A stretch of 64,000 nucleotides of DNA from Candidatus Eiseniibacteriota bacterium (lineage in GTDB: Bacteria; Eisenbacteria; RBG-16-71-46; CAVPCR01), in assembly GCA_963823555.1 (NCBI GenBank), contig CAWGMA010000002.1, positions 416,001-480,000 on the forward strand. The letters run 5' to 3'. The translations under genes and the position numbers were made by a program. The notes below the pieces were generated by a model that ran no database searches, was not told where the DNA came from, and saw nothing but the letters and a program-made list of their open reading frames with translations. Positions 18,918-29,488 of this stretch are shown here, in pieces (the stretch's first letter is position 1; every line of letters starts with the position of its first letter).

Positions 18918-20750
18918 TCAACCCTCGCCGGCCGTTGCCGCCGATTTCGGGTAGGGGTAGCCCTGACGCAGTGCCCGGTCGAGCGCCGCATCATGGCCGT
19001 AGATATCGCCGACGAAGAACACGACACCCTCGGAGTTCACGTGGACCGTGTCGTAGAAGAGCACGACCATCAGTGGCTCGTGCAGGTTGACCCGCGTGGG
19101 GCTACTCCCCTGCATGGCAGCATCGATCCGCTCCCGGGTCCATTCCGGCTGATCGCGGAGGACCCACTCCCCGAGGCGCGCCGGGTCCTCGAGTCGAATG
19201 CAGCCGTGACTGAAGTCACGCCGGGACCTGGAAAACAGCTGCTGCGCCGGGGTTCCGTGCATGTAAACGTTTTCTGCATTCGGGAAGATGAACTTGGCAA
19301 GGCCGAGCGCGTTCTTCGGGCCGGGCTTCTGGCGGATGTGGAGGCGTCCGGCCGCTACCTTGTCGAGGTTCTCCTTGGTCGCCGGGAGGGCGGGCGCCGA
19401 ATCATCGCCGCTGGCGACGATCTCGAAGTTCTGGTTCGCGATGTAAGAGGGGTCGCGCCGAGCGTGGGGGATGATCTCGTTGATCGTGATGCCACGCGGC
19501 GGGTTCCAGTAGGGGCGGAAGATCACGTACTCCATCTGCTCGATGAATATCGGCGTCCGGTGGTTGAGAGCCTTGCCCACGACGACGTTCATCCGTAGCG
19601 GTTCCTCGCCCGTGGCCGGATCGGTCGCCCAGAGGCGGAAGAGCGGCACGTTGACGAAGACGGTGGGCCGGTCACTCATTTTCGGCAGCCAGCGCATGCG
19701 CTCCATTGCCAGCTCGATCTGGCGAACGCGGTGGCCGAACGGGACATTGAGGGCGGCAAGCGTGCCGGCGCCGATCACGCCATCCTGCTCGAGGCCGTGA
19801 CGGGCCTGGAATCGCTTCGTTGCCTCGACGATGGGCCCGGCATAGAGCGGTGTCCCATCGGGATCGACTTCGGGTGTGAAGTCCTCATTCGCAAGATCGC
19901 CAGAAGTGCGCAGACGGGCTGCGAGCTCGGGCACGCCCTCCCAGGGCTGGCCCGGTTCCATCTTCTTCCGCTCCTTGGGCAGCGCGGGGACGGTCTCGGG
20001 CTCGCCGGCCGCGGCCACCTCCCTGTAGGCGGACAGGGTCCGCCGGGCGCGCGCGTAGTGGGCGAAGGGCGGTTCCAGCTCGGTGATGGTGGTCGCCACT
20101 CCCTTTGAGCTCCTTGCGCCACGGAGCGTGGCGCCAAGGTCGAGCCGCTTCGGGGCCACGTCGTATCCCCAGTCCATGGTCGCGGGGTCGACACGGCCGA
20201 CATGCGATGCCGACACGAGGCGGGCCACGGCGACGCTGAGGCCGAGATCGAAGAGCGCTCGGTCGGTGGCCGAGGTGCCACCCGCTTGCAGGGTGGTCCA
20301 CTCCTGTGCCAGTCGAGTGGCGTCGTAGTCGGTGGGATCGAGCCCGTGATCGCCGGCGCCGGCCAGCTCGGCGAGCGCTTCCTCCACCACCGGGTAGGGT
20401 GTCGCCCCGGCAAACCAGAAGAGCCTGTCGGGTTCCGACTGATAGAGCTCCTTCAGGGTTGGCATCGCATCGGGGATCCGCTTCCACTTGAGCCAGGGAT
20501 GCTCGGCGGCCGCCAGCACCTGATCTACTGCCGCCGCGACCTCCGGATCCGGCGGGCCAGTCGGCTCGGTGGGGCTGTGCTGGGTGGCGGTCGCGGACCT
20601 GGTTTCGGCCACCTGAGAGGTGGCGTCGTCACTCCCGCTGCAGGCGGCGACCAGCGCCAGGCCGAGGATCCACGCCCATGCTCGACGGAGCTCCGAGGAG
20701 CGCCACGACTCAACTCTGTCTTTCGGCATTCTGACTCGCACTCGATGCAT
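18918..20750 (-). CDS. L,D-transpeptidase (YcbB/LdtD-type) lipoprotein; start uncertain (20750 or 20729)
   Basis: Lipobox LVAAC, PG-binding FQARHGLEQDGVIG, YMHGTP...SHGCIR catalytic motif. Confidence 0.88.
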   Translation of the reverse strand: MHRVRVRMPKDRVESWRSSELRRAWAWILGLALVAACSGSDDATSQVAETRSATATQHSPTEPTGPPDPEVAAAVDQVLAAAEHPWLKWKRIPDAMPTLKELYQSEPDRLFWFAGATPYPVVEEALAELAGAGDHGLDPTDYDATRLAQEWTTLQAGGTSATDRALFDLGLSVAVARLVSASHVGRVDPATMDWGYDVAPKRLDLGATLRGARSSKGVATTITELEPPFAHYARARRTLSAYREVAAAGEPETVPALPKERKKMEPGQPWEGVPELAARLRTSGDLANEDFTPEVDPDGTPLYAGPIVEATKRFQARHGLEQDGVIGAGTLAALNVPFGHRVRQIELAMERMRWLPKMSDRPTVFVNVPLFRLWATDPATGEEPLRMNVVVGKALNHRTPIFIEQMEYVIFRPYWNPPRGITINEIIPHARRDPSYIANQNFEIVASGDDSAPALPATKENLDKVAAGRLHIRQKPGPKNALGLAKFIFPNAENVYMHGTPAQQLFSRSRRDFSHGCIRLEDPARLGEWVLRDQPEWTRERIDAAMQGSSPTRVNLHEPLMVVLFYDTVHVNSEGVVFFVGDIYGHDAALDRALRQGYPYPKSAATAGEG

Positions 20751-20958
20751 CCTTCTCAGATCAGTTTCGTTGTTCCAGGGGAATCCCAACTTGGGGGGGG
20801 GAGAAGCAGCGGCGGCTTCGGCCGCGCTCGTGTGTGCTCGCTTCGAGCGGGCACGCACCATAGCTCCAATGCACCGGGATGGTCTATCCCGTTCACGAGG
20901 GGCCATCTGCGCCCAGGGATCGTCCTGCATCGCCGGCCCCGGCAATACCGGAGGGTCG

Positions 20959-22578
20959 CTATCCCCTGTCCGCCAGGCCCTGCCGGCGGTGGATCTCCCG
21001 GATCTCGCTGATCGGGGTCGCTTCGGCCGGGGACTTGTCGGGGCGGAAGCGCTTGACGCGGGCGAAGCGGAGCGCGAGGCCGGAATCGTAGCGGGAACTC
21101 CGCTGCAAGGTGTCGAAGGCGATCTCGACCACGCGTTCGCGTCGTACGTGGACGACATGCTGGCCGGGATCGCTGATCGCGAGCGAGAGCAGGTCGGCCG
21201 TCATCTCTCTCAGCATCTCATCGGTCAGCCCCTTGAAGGTCTTACCGAGCATCCAGAACCGCGCCGGGTCCTCGGGGTCCCGAGCGCCGAGATGGAGGTT
21301 CGAGAGGAAGCCCCGGCGCCGGCCGTGGCCCCATTCGGCGGCGAGGATGACGAGGTCGAGCGTGGTCGCGGGCTTGAGCTTCCGCCACTGGCCGCCGCGC
21401 TTGCCGGCGGCGTAGGGTGCGGCGAGTGTCTTCACCACCACGCCCTCGTGCCCTGCTGCAAGCGCGTCCTCGAAGAAGCGTTCGAGCTCGGCAGGATCAC
21501 CGATGATGACGCGCGGCACGAGGTGCTCTCCCCGGGTGACGGCGGCGAGCGCCGCCCAGCGTTCGGCGTACGGGCGGTCGATGAGCGGAGCGTCGTCGCG
21601 GTAGAGGAGATCGAAGAAGAGCGCTGTCAGGGGCCGTTCGCTGCGCGCCGCCGCGGCGTCCTCGCGCCCGACGCGGCTCATCGTGTCCTGGAAGGGGAGC
21701 GGCCGGCCGCGGCCATCGAGCGCGAGCGCCTCGCCATCGAGAATGGCACTCGTTGCGGCGAGGGTCTTCCCCATCGCCACGATCTCGGGCACGTTCGCGC
21801 TCACGTCGCGGAGCTGCCGCGAGAAGATGCACACGCGATCGCCCTGCTTGTGGAGCTGGATGCGCACGCCGTCGAGCTTGGTCTCGGCGGCGACCACATC
21901 GAGCCCGGCGAGCGCCTCGGCCATGGTCGTCGCGGTGCGGGCGAGCATCGGGGCGATCGGCACCATCGGTTGCGGCGCGAAGCGCGCCAGGGCGGCCGGC
22001 CCCCCGCGGCGGATGGCCGCGGCGACCTGGGCGAGATTGCCGCCGAACATCTCGGCGCGGGCGACGGTTTCCGGCGCGACATCGAGCGCGCGGGCCACCG
22101 CGGCGCGAACGATCGCGCGCAGCGCGCCCTGGCGAAGCTCGCCTGAAAGGAGGGCGGCGAGGAACTCGCGGCCCTCGACCTCGGCGCGCGCGAAGAGATC
22201 GCGCAGGAGCTCCATGGCTCGTGTCGCAGAGCCGGCGCCGCGCGTCTTCGCGATCGTTGCGAAGGCGTGATCGACATCGACCAGTGTGAGCGGGTGTGCC
22301 GCTGCAGACGCGATGGGGTCCGGAGAGGGGAAGAGGGACAACGTCTCGCCACGGGCCTCGCCAGGGCGCCGTTGTTCGCGGGCCGCCGCGATGGCCTTCC
22401 AGCCGACGCCCAGCGCGCCCTGCGGGATCTCCCCCGAGAGGTAGCTCACGGCGAGGGCCAGATCGTCGGCGTCCAGACGCGCGAGGAGCGCCGCGAGGCG
22501 TTCCTCCTTCTCGCGCCGGCTCGGCGTGGCACGCACCGCGCGCGACGTGGCCGCGAGGTCAGCGAGTGTGGCGCTCAT
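20959..22578 (-). CDS. lig: ATP-dependent DNA ligase
   Basis: Motif I ETKLDGVR, ILDGE, FFDLL, EGVVVK, WRKLK, ALRFAR. N-terminal DNA-binding domain. Confidence 0.92.
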   Translation of the reverse strand: MSATLADLAATSRAVRATPSRREKEERLAALLARLDADDLALAVSYLSGEIPQGALGVGWKAIAAAREQRRPGEARGETLSLFPSPDPIASAAAHPLTLVDVDHAFATIAKTRGAGSATRAMELLRDLFARAEVEGREFLAALLSGELRQGALRAIVRAAVARALDVAPETVARAEMFGGNLAQVAAAIRRGGPAALARFAPQPMVPIAPMLARTATTMAEALAGLDVVAAETKLDGVRIQLHKQGDRVCIFSRQLRDVSANVPEIVAMGKTLAATSAILDGEALALDGRGRPLPFQDTMSRVGREDAAAARSERPLTALFFDLLYRDDAPLIDRPYAERWAALAAVTRGEHLVPRVIIGDPAELERFFEDALAAGHEGVVVKTLAAPYAAGKRGGQWRKLKPATTLDLVILAAEWGHGRRRGFLSNLHLGARDPEDPARFWMLGKTFKGLTDEMLREMTADLLSLAISDPGQHVVHVRRERVVEIAFDTLQRSSRYDSGLALRFARVKRFRPDKSPAEATPISEIREIHRRQGLADRG

Positions 22579-22706
22579 GCCATCATCTTAGACGCAAGGC
22601 AATGGCACGGCCAACCGTGCCGGTCGCGTTGTCGCCGGCAGGGATGATGCGATAGGATCCACCTGCCCGATGGCGATCCGCAGCAACGTGTGCCCAGGAG
22701 TGAACA

Positions 22707-24047
22707 ATGAGCGAGATTCTCCTCTGGCTGATCCTGATTGGCACTTCCGTCACGGCAATCCTGGCCATCATCCTGCTGGCGCGCGCATCCAGGATCTCCC
22801 ATGGCGCCGGGAAGGACCTGCGAGACGAGCTCCGTGCGAGCCGCGAGGAATCCCGGAGCGCGGCGCGAGAGCTCAGGGAAGAAGTGGCCTCCGGCCTCCG
22901 GTCGAACAACGAGGCGCTCACGTGCACCCTCGAGAGCATGGGCAGGCTGCAGCAGACCCAGATCGAGGCCTTGACCACGCAGCTGCTCGAGCTCACCGGC
23001 TCCAATCAGAACGCGCTCGACCGCATCCGTGTCACCGTCGATGCCCGGGTCAAGGAGCTCATGGAGGGGAACGAGAAGAAGCTCGAGGAAGTGCGCAAGA
23101 CGGTGGACGAGAAGCTCCACGACACCCTCGAGAAGCGGCTCGGCGAGTCCTTCAAGCAGGTGAGCGACCGGCTCGAAGCAGTGCACGAGGGGCTCGGCGA
23201 GATGCGACACCTGGCGGCGGGCGTCGGCGACCTGAAGCGGGTGCTGACCAATGTGAAAGTGCGCGGCACCTGGGCGGAGGTTCAGCTCGGAGCGATCCTC
23301 GAGCAGTTCCTCACGCCGGATCAATTCGCACGGAATGTTCGGGTCAAGGCCGACTCGGCGGAGAGGGTCGAGTACGCGGTGCGCCTTCCCGGTCCAGGGG
23401 CTGATCTCGCTGCCGGCCTGTGGTTGCCCATCGATTCCAAGTTCCCCCAGGAGGACTACCTCCGCTTGCAGGCAGCCGCCGAGGCCGGGGATCAGGCTCT
23501 GGTGCAGCAGGCGGCCGAGGACCTGGCGCGAGCCGTTCGCATCGCCGCCAGGGACATCTGCGAGAAGTACGTGAACCCACCCGCGACGACCGACTTCGGG
23601 ATCATGTTTCTCGCCACCGAGGGGCTCTATGCCGAGGTGCTCCGGCAGCCGGCATTGGCCGAAGAGCTGCAGCGCAGCTATCGCGTCGTCGTCGCCGGTC
23701 CCACCACGCTGGCGGCGATCCTGAGCAGCCTGCGCATGGGATTCCAGACCCTGGCCATCGAGGAGCGGGCCGTCGAGGTGTGGAGGGTCCTGGCAGCCGT
23801 CAAGACGGAATTCGGGAAGTTCGGGGAGACTCTCGACAAGGTGAAGCGTCAGATCCATGCGGCCGGCCGCTCGATCGAGAAGACCGGCGCGAGGAGCCGG
23901 GCCATGGAGAGGAAGCTCCGTTCCGTGGAGCGTTTGCCGGACGCGGAAGCATCAGCGATCCTCGCCCTGCCGGCGGGGGAAGACCGGAAACAGGAAGCGA
24001 ACGCGGAGCGGGTCGCGGAGCCGGTCGCGGAGGGCGCCCCGGAGTGA
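22707..24047 (+). CDS. rmuC: DNA recombination protein RmuC
   Basis: N-terminal TM helix, coiled coil, RGTWAEVQL, LPIDSKFP, FLATEGLYAE, GPTTL. Confidence 0.92.
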   Translation: MSEILLWLILIGTSVTAILAIILLARASRISHGAGKDLRDELRASREESRSAARELREEVASGLRSNNEALTCTLESMGRLQQTQIEALTTQLLELTGSNQNALDRIRVTVDARVKELMEGNEKKLEEVRKTVDEKLHDTLEKRLGESFKQVSDRLEAVHEGLGEMRHLAAGVGDLKRVLTNVKVRGTWAEVQLGAILEQFLTPDQFARNVRVKADSAERVEYAVRLPGPGADLAAGLWLPIDSKFPQEDYLRLQAAAEAGDQALVQQAAEDLARAVRIAARDICEKYVNPPATTDFGIMFLATEGLYAEVLRQPALAEELQRSYRVVVAGPTTLAAILSSLRMGFQTLAIEERAVEVWRVLAAVKTEFGKFGETLDKVKRQIHAAGRSIEKTGARSRAMERKLRSVERLPDAEASAILALPAGEDRKQEANAERVAEPVAEGAPE

Positions 24048-24859
24048 GCGACGCGGTCATGGCAGAGGAGATCCGCCGCCGTCTCGACCGCGTCGAGGCA
24101 GAAGAAGATGTTGTCGTCTGTCTGGCCGTCGAATCGGGGAGTCGGGCCTGGGGCTTCTGGTCACGGGACTCGGATCACGATGTCCGGTTCATCTATGTTC
24201 GCCGTCCCGAGACCTACCTCTCCGTTCAACCCCATCGCTTCCGCGATGTCATCGAGAGGCCGATCGTCGATGAGATCGACCTGAGCGGCTGGGATGTTCG
24301 CAAGGCGCTGGCGCTATTCATCAAGTCGAACCCCCCGCTCCTCGAGTGGCTGCAGTGCCCGCTCATCTACCGCGAGCGCTCGGGTCTCGCCCCCGGCCTG
24401 CGCCAGCTTCTCCCCGGTTTCCATTCGCCCCGGGCCAGCTTCTACCACTACCTGCATATGGCGAAGGGCAATTGCCGCGCGTACCTTCGGGGCGACCAGG
24501 TCTGGCGCAAGAAGTACTTCTATGTGCTGCGACCGATTCTCGCAATGCGCTGGATCGAGCTGGACCTGGGACCGGTGCCGATCGAATTCGATCGTCTCGT
24601 GGATGCCGCGGTGGACGACGCCGCCGTGCGCCAGGCGATCGAGGATCTGCTGGTCGCCAAGCGCGCCGGGGCCGAGCTGGATTACGGACCGCGGGATCCT
24701 GTGCTCAGCGAGTTCGCCGAGACGGAGCTGGCTCGCCTGGAGATGACTGTCGGTGATCGCCCTGACCCGAGGCCGTCGCCCGACCTGATCGATTCGCTCT
24801 TCCGGGCGACACTGCGTGAGATATGGGGATCGACCTTGCCGGTCCAGGATGGCAGCTGA
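24044..24859 (+). CDS. Predicted nucleotidyltransferase (YcgL/RlaP-like)
   Basis: ESGSRAWGF.S.DSDHDVRFIY, SNPPLLEWL, KKYFYVLRP. GTG start overlaps the rmuC stop. Confidence 0.85.
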   Translation: MSDAVMAEEIRRRLDRVEAEEDVVVCLAVESGSRAWGFWSRDSDHDVRFIYVRRPETYLSVQPHRFRDVIERPIVDEIDLSGWDVRKALALFIKSNPPLLEWLQCPLIYRERSGLAPGLRQLLPGFHSPRASFYHYLHMAKGNCRAYLRGDQVWRKKYFYVLRPILAMRWIELDLGPVPIEFDRLVDAAVDDAAVRQAIEDLLVAKRAGAELDYGPRDPVLSEFAETELARLEMTVGDRPDPRPSPDLIDSLFRATLREIWGSTLPVQDGS

Positions 24860-24876
24860 TGAGACCGAGTCGGCGC

Positions 24877-24964
24877 TACGAGAAGGCCTACGTGCCCGCC
24901 AAGGCGCGCGCTCTCCTGGGCACGCTTCGACGAGCGCTCCCAGCACTACGAAGTCCGGGCGTGA
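24877..24964 (+). pseudogene. C-terminal remnant of an antibiotic-biosynthesis-monooxygenase-like small protein
   Basis: YEKAYVPAKARALL, then a one-base shift to RFDERSQHYEVRA*. Confidence 0.55.
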
Positions 24965-25008
24965 ATCGAATCGGTCTCTGCCGAGGTCGCCGGCCGGCAG
25001 CCCACCCG

Positions 25009-27204
25009 TCAATCCCGCTCGTCGGCCGGCTTCCATCCGAGCACGTCGTGGAGAATCGACCAGCGCCGCCCCGTGCGTTCGGCGCCCTGCCCGAGGATCC
25101 AGTAGTCGTAAGCGCGGGTGATCATGCCCTCGCTCTCGGCGAAGAGGATCCACTCGTCCACCGCGTCCGAGATGTCCTCGGCTCCCATGGTCAGTCCGAA
25201 GGCGTAGGGGAGCTTGACCGGATCGGGCTGCGGCACCACCACCGTGAACTCGGGGTAGAGCAGGGTGGCGGCTGCGGCGCCCTCGGCTGGCATCAGGAAT
25301 GCGTCGATCTCGGGGTGCTTGCCCTCGAAGTACTCGCCGGGTGACTCGAAGGTGACGAAGTCCACGCCCGTGCCGCCGAAGTAACGCCTCATGCTGTAGG
25401 CGAGCTGGGTGGCATCGAGGGGGATGCCGATCTTGAGACCCCGCCGCCGGCGCAGCGCCTCGACCCGGGCGAACTCCTCCCGCCGCTCGTCGCGTACCAC
25501 CAGCCCGACCGTGCCGGTGAAATACGGATTGGTCAGGTGGAGCGACCCGAACCAGTACGGGCGCACCCACATGCCCGGCATCACGTCGATCTCCCCGTTT
25601 GCCAGCATGGCCGGCAGCTCGGCCCACCGGACCGGGATGAACTCGGCCTCGAGCCCGAACGACTCGGCCAGGTTCTGGGAGAGCTCGATGTCGAACCCGA
25701 CGAGCTCGCCGTCGATGTTGAAGAAGCTGAAAGGTACGTTCAGCGGGTCGTAGCCCACGCGCAGCGTGCCGCGTTGTCGTGCCCGCTCGAGGACACGGCC
25801 ATCGGGGGCGGCCCCGGGGGCGTCCGGCGGCGGATCCCGGTGCACGATCGCGGCCGAGAGGGCCCGCGACGCGTGCATCCGTCGGAGCGCCTCGTCCCGG
25901 TGGTAGGTCGTATCGATGGACGCGTAGAGGAGCATGCGCACCCCGACCACCATCACGACTGTGACGACCAGCATCGCCAGGCCGGCGCCGAGCATGCGCT
26001 TCCGCCGGAGCTGGAGGAACCCGCCCATGGCGGCGGCGCCGAGCAGGGCGAACACGAGCAGGTTCATGGCGGTCACCATCGAGTCGAACTTGCCCGTGAT
26101 GATCGTGGTCGGGACATAGAGCTGGAACAGGTCATGCGGGAGCTTGAACAGGTCCAGCAGGAAGGGCAGCGCGACCTGGGCCTTGGCGAAGTAGCTCGGG
26201 ACCCCGGCCGCCAGCAGCATCAAGAAGTCCTTCAACGCAAACGGGCTGCCCGCCAGCCACGCCGCGAAGGGCACGAACAGGAGCGTCAGCATCCGACCCG
26301 CGTTCGGGAAGTTGAAGAGGATCGGGATCAAGACCTCCGCGGCCGAGTCGCTGTCGTTGTTCAGGAGGTTCCGCTGCTTCAGGAGGGTCTTGGAGCGTTC
26401 CACGAGGATGGGGAGGACGATGAACGCGCTGTTCGTCACGAACGCTGTCACCAGGGCGTCGCGGCTGATGCCGACGACCTCGCGATAGGAGAACGGAGTC
26501 ATCGCCGTCACCATGAGCGGCAGGATCCAGAAAGCGAGCACGAGCGAGGCCGCCGCGAAGGTGATGAGGTAGACCTCGAGGCGCTCGAGTGTTTCGCCGG
26601 TGACGGTGCCTGCCGCCACCGCGACGATGGCGAACACGCCGACGGGCGTCAGGCTGATGACGAACTTCGTGACGCTGACCACCGCGGCGTTCGCCACGCG
26701 CAGCGGGGCCAGCAGGCGTTCCCGCTGCTCGATGCCGATCAGGCCGATGCCGATCAGCGAGCTGAAGAGCACAACGGCGGGCACGACAGCGTTGGCGAGC
26801 GAGTTGAACGGGTTCGCCGTGAAGTAGATGTCGGGGATCGAGAACGGCTGACCCGGCTCCACGAGCGAGTTGCTGAAGAAGGATGCGCTCTGCATGCCCG
26901 GGAACGCAGCCGGCATCGCGGCGATCACGGCGAAGGTCAGTCCCCAGGTGAGCAGCAGAAAGACTCCCGCGCGCTTGGCGAGCCGCCTGGCGTGCCCCAC
27001 GTCGAGCTGTCCGAACCCGATGACCAGGGCCAGCACGAGGTAGGGCAGCACCGTCATCTGCATCAGGCGGATGTAGATGTCGGCGATGGGCTGGAGCACC
27101 GTGGCCGCTTCGCCGAGGAACACGCCCGTGAGGAGCCCCAGACCCAGGCCGACCAGGATCCAGGAGGAGAGGCTCAGCCGAGGCATCTTCAACACGGTCT
27201 CCAC
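25009..27204 (-). CDS. Dicarboxylate/amino acid:cation symporter fused to a C-terminal family-3 solute-binding domain
   Basis: DAACS-like TM region (YIRLMQMTVLPY, TPVGVFAI), then RGTLRVGY..PFSF..GELVGFDIEL. Confidence 0.85.
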   Translation of the reverse strand: METVLKMPRLSLSSWILVGLGLGLLTGVFLGEAATVLQPIADIYIRLMQMTVLPYLVLALVIGFGQLDVGHARRLAKRAGVFLLLTWGLTFAVIAAMPAAFPGMQSASFFSNSLVEPGQPFSIPDIYFTANPFNSLANAVVPAVVLFSSLIGIGLIGIEQRERLLAPLRVANAAVVSVTKFVISLTPVGVFAIVAVAAGTVTGETLERLEVYLITFAAASLVLAFWILPLMVTAMTPFSYREVVGISRDALVTAFVTNSAFIVLPILVERSKTLLKQRNLLNNDSDSAAEVLIPILFNFPNAGRMLTLLFVPFAAWLAGSPFALKDFLMLLAAGVPSYFAKAQVALPFLLDLFKLPHDLFQLYVPTTIITGKFDSMVTAMNLLVFALLGAAAMGGFLQLRRKRMLGAGLAMLVVTVVMVVGVRMLLYASIDTTYHRDEALRRMHASRALSAAIVHRDPPPDAPGAAPDGRVLERARQRGTLRVGYDPLNVPFSFFNIDGELVGFDIELSQNLAESFGLEAEFIPVRWAELPAMLANGEIDVMPGMWVRPYWFGSLHLTNPYFTGTVGLVVRDERREEFARVEALRRRRGLKIGIPLDATQLAYSMRRYFGGTGVDFVTFESPGEYFEGKHPEIDAFLMPAEGAAAATLLYPEFTVVVPQPDPVKLPYAFGLTMGAEDISDAVDEWILFAESEGMITRAYDYWILGQGAERTGRRWSILHDVLGWKPADERD

Positions 27205-27561
27205 CTACTTACCCGGCCTTCGCCGCCGAGAAGCGGCGATGCTCGCACCATACCACGATGTCCGCCGTTTCCGAAGCATGGGCCACCACCATGTGGCTCA
27301 GGATGTGCTCGCCCAGCATGTTCACGATGTTCAGGATGATTGCAGGCAACAAGGGGATCACGACAACGGCGACCTGTGAAATTCGATCCGTGACAACTTC
27401 ATCAGCATAAGCCAGCTCGGCATTTCCATCAATCGGGGTCCGCTCGCCGTGAACGAGTACCAACACAGCCTGTAAAGCACGCAGGCGAGCACGGCGACCT
27501 TCTGCTTGTTCCTGCCTTGACCATGCTCTAGGATCCCGGATGCCTGCCGGCGGAGGGGTGC

Positions 27562-29262
27562 ATGAGGGCTCAGCGAAACATCTCGGTTCTGAGCATCGTG
27601 GTGTCGCTCGGGCTCCCGATGATGCCGGCCACCACCGCGGCGGATGCCGCCGCAGACGCCGCCGGCGAGCAGGAGTTCCTGCGCGAACGCGTCGAGGCGC
27701 TCGGCAGCGGGCGGCTCGATCGCGTCGAGGGAGCGACGATCGCCGCCGGCTCCCTCCTCGAGGAGTTCTACGCGCGGTGTGGGTTTCGCCCGGCATGGAC
27801 GGCCCCCGGGAAGCCCGATCAGCTCCTCGCCGCCATTCGCGCCATCGCCGATGACGGGCTCGACCCGGAGGACTATCACCTCTCGGTGCTCGAGACGGTC
27901 AAGGCCCGGATCCCGGCGGCGCCGGTGCCGGATCTTGCGCTCCGCGTCGATTACGATCTCCTCCTGACCGATGCCCTGGTGCGCCTCGGCTATCACGTGC
28001 TCTTCGGCAAGGTGGACTACGCCGAGTACGACGCCGACTGGAACTACAGTCGCGAGATCCACGACCTCGATCCGGCGGTGGCCATCCAGCAGGTGATCGA
28101 CGAGCCGGACATCGCCGCCGCCATCGAGCGCGAGAAGCCGTCCCACGCCGCGTACGCCGCGCTCCGGGCGCGTTACGTCCGCTATCGCGCGATCCGCGAT
28201 GCCGGGGGCTGGGGCCGGGTGGAGGAGGGGCCCACCCTGCGCCCCGGCGATGTCGATATCCGGGTGAACGCCGTGCGGAGCCGGCTGGTCACGACGGGCG
28301 ACCTGCCGGTGGCGGCAGGGTTCACACCCGGCGATGTGTACGACGATGCGCTCGCCGACGCCGTCCGCGCCTTTCAACGCCGCCATGGTCTCGATGCCGA
28401 CGCCGCCGTGGGGCCGCGCACGGTCGAGGAGATGAACGTCCCGGTGGAGGTTCGCCTCGATAAGATCCGCCTCAACCTCGAGCGCGAGCGATGGCTCCTG
28501 CACGATATCGGCGGTGAGTTCGTGATCGTCAACATTGCCGGCTTCGAGCTCTACTATGTCGAGGACGGCAAGGTGGTGTGGAAGACGCGCGTCCAGGTCG
28601 GGAAGCCTTACCGGAGCACGCCGGTCTTCCGCTCGGAGATCACCTATCTCGTCTTCAATCCCACGTGGACGGTGCCACCGGGGATTCTCGCCAACGACAT
28701 CCTGCCGGAGCAGAAGAACGATCCGGCGACCCTGTCGCGGAAGGGGCTCAAGATCCTCGACTCGAGCGGGCGGGAGATCGATCCCGCCACCATCGACTGG
28801 TCCCGGTATTCGGGCCGCGGCTTTCCCTACACCCTGCGGCAGGACCCTGGGCCGAAGAATGCTCTCGGCCGCGTCAAGTTCATGTTCCCCAACGAGCACG
28901 CCGTCTATCTCCACGACACGCCGAGCAAGAGCCTCTTCGAGAAGGAAGATCGCGCCTTCAGTTCGGGATGCATCCGGGTCGAGGAGCCGCTCCATCTCGC
29001 CGAGCTCCTCCTGCGTCACGAGCCGGGCTGGAGACGGAGCGCCATCGATTCGGCGATCGCCACCGGCGAGCTCCGATCGGTGACGCTTGCCACACCGGTC
29101 CCGATACTCCTGTCCTACTGGACGGCCTGGGTCGAGGAGGGTGCTCTCCAGTTCCGCCGCGATCTCTATGACCGGGACGCCAAGGTCCTGGCCGGTCTCA
29201 ACCAGCCCTTTCGCCTGAGAGCGCGCCATGAAACCAGACCTCATGCGGATCAGGCTCACTGA
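27562..29262 (+). CDS. L,D-transpeptidase (YcbB/LdtD-type)
   Basis: Signal peptide, FQRRHGLDADAAVG, NPTWTVP, YLHDTP...SSGCIR. Confidence 0.9.
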   Translation: MRAQRNISVLSIVVSLGLPMMPATTAADAAADAAGEQEFLRERVEALGSGRLDRVEGATIAAGSLLEEFYARCGFRPAWTAPGKPDQLLAAIRAIADDGLDPEDYHLSVLETVKARIPAAPVPDLALRVDYDLLLTDALVRLGYHVLFGKVDYAEYDADWNYSREIHDLDPAVAIQQVIDEPDIAAAIEREKPSHAAYAALRARYVRYRAIRDAGGWGRVEEGPTLRPGDVDIRVNAVRSRLVTTGDLPVAAGFTPGDVYDDALADAVRAFQRRHGLDADAAVGPRTVEEMNVPVEVRLDKIRLNLERERWLLHDIGGEFVIVNIAGFELYYVEDGKVVWKTRVQVGKPYRSTPVFRSEITYLVFNPTWTVPPGILANDILPEQKNDPATLSRKGLKILDSSGREIDPATIDWSRYSGRGFPYTLRQDPGPKNALGRVKFMFPNEHAVYLHDTPSKSLFEKEDRAFSSGCIRVEEPLHLAELLLRHEPGWRRSAIDSAIATGELRSVTLATPVPILLSYWTAWVEEGALQFRRDLYDRDAKVLAGLNQPFRLRARHETRPHADQAH

Positions 29263-29488
29263 TCTGCGCCGGGAGCGCATGCTCCGCTCCCTCAAGAAGT
29301 TCTATGTCGAGAAGCTCGACCAGGAGATCGGCGATCTCGCGGCGGATCAGATCCTCGACTTCTTCGTCAAGGAGCTCGGCCCCGCGGTCTACAACCAGGC
29401 CATCCAGGACGCGCGGGCCTTCATCCAGGGCAAGCTCGATGACCTGGAAGGCGACTTCTACGAACCCGACGAACCCTACTCGCGCTAG
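29228..29488 (+). CDS. DUF2164-family protein
   Basis: EIGDLAADQILDFFVKELGPAVYNQAIQDA. Confidence 0.8.
   Translation: MKPDLMRIRLTDLRRERMLRSLKKFYVEKLDQEIGDLAADQILDFFVKELGPAVYNQAIQDARAFIQGKLDDLEGDFYEPDEPYSR

Noticed and set aside
27250..27345. Short repeats TCA(C/G)GATG between divergent genes
   Set aside because: There are few copies with irregular spacing. This is not a CRISPR array and not distinguishable from chance.
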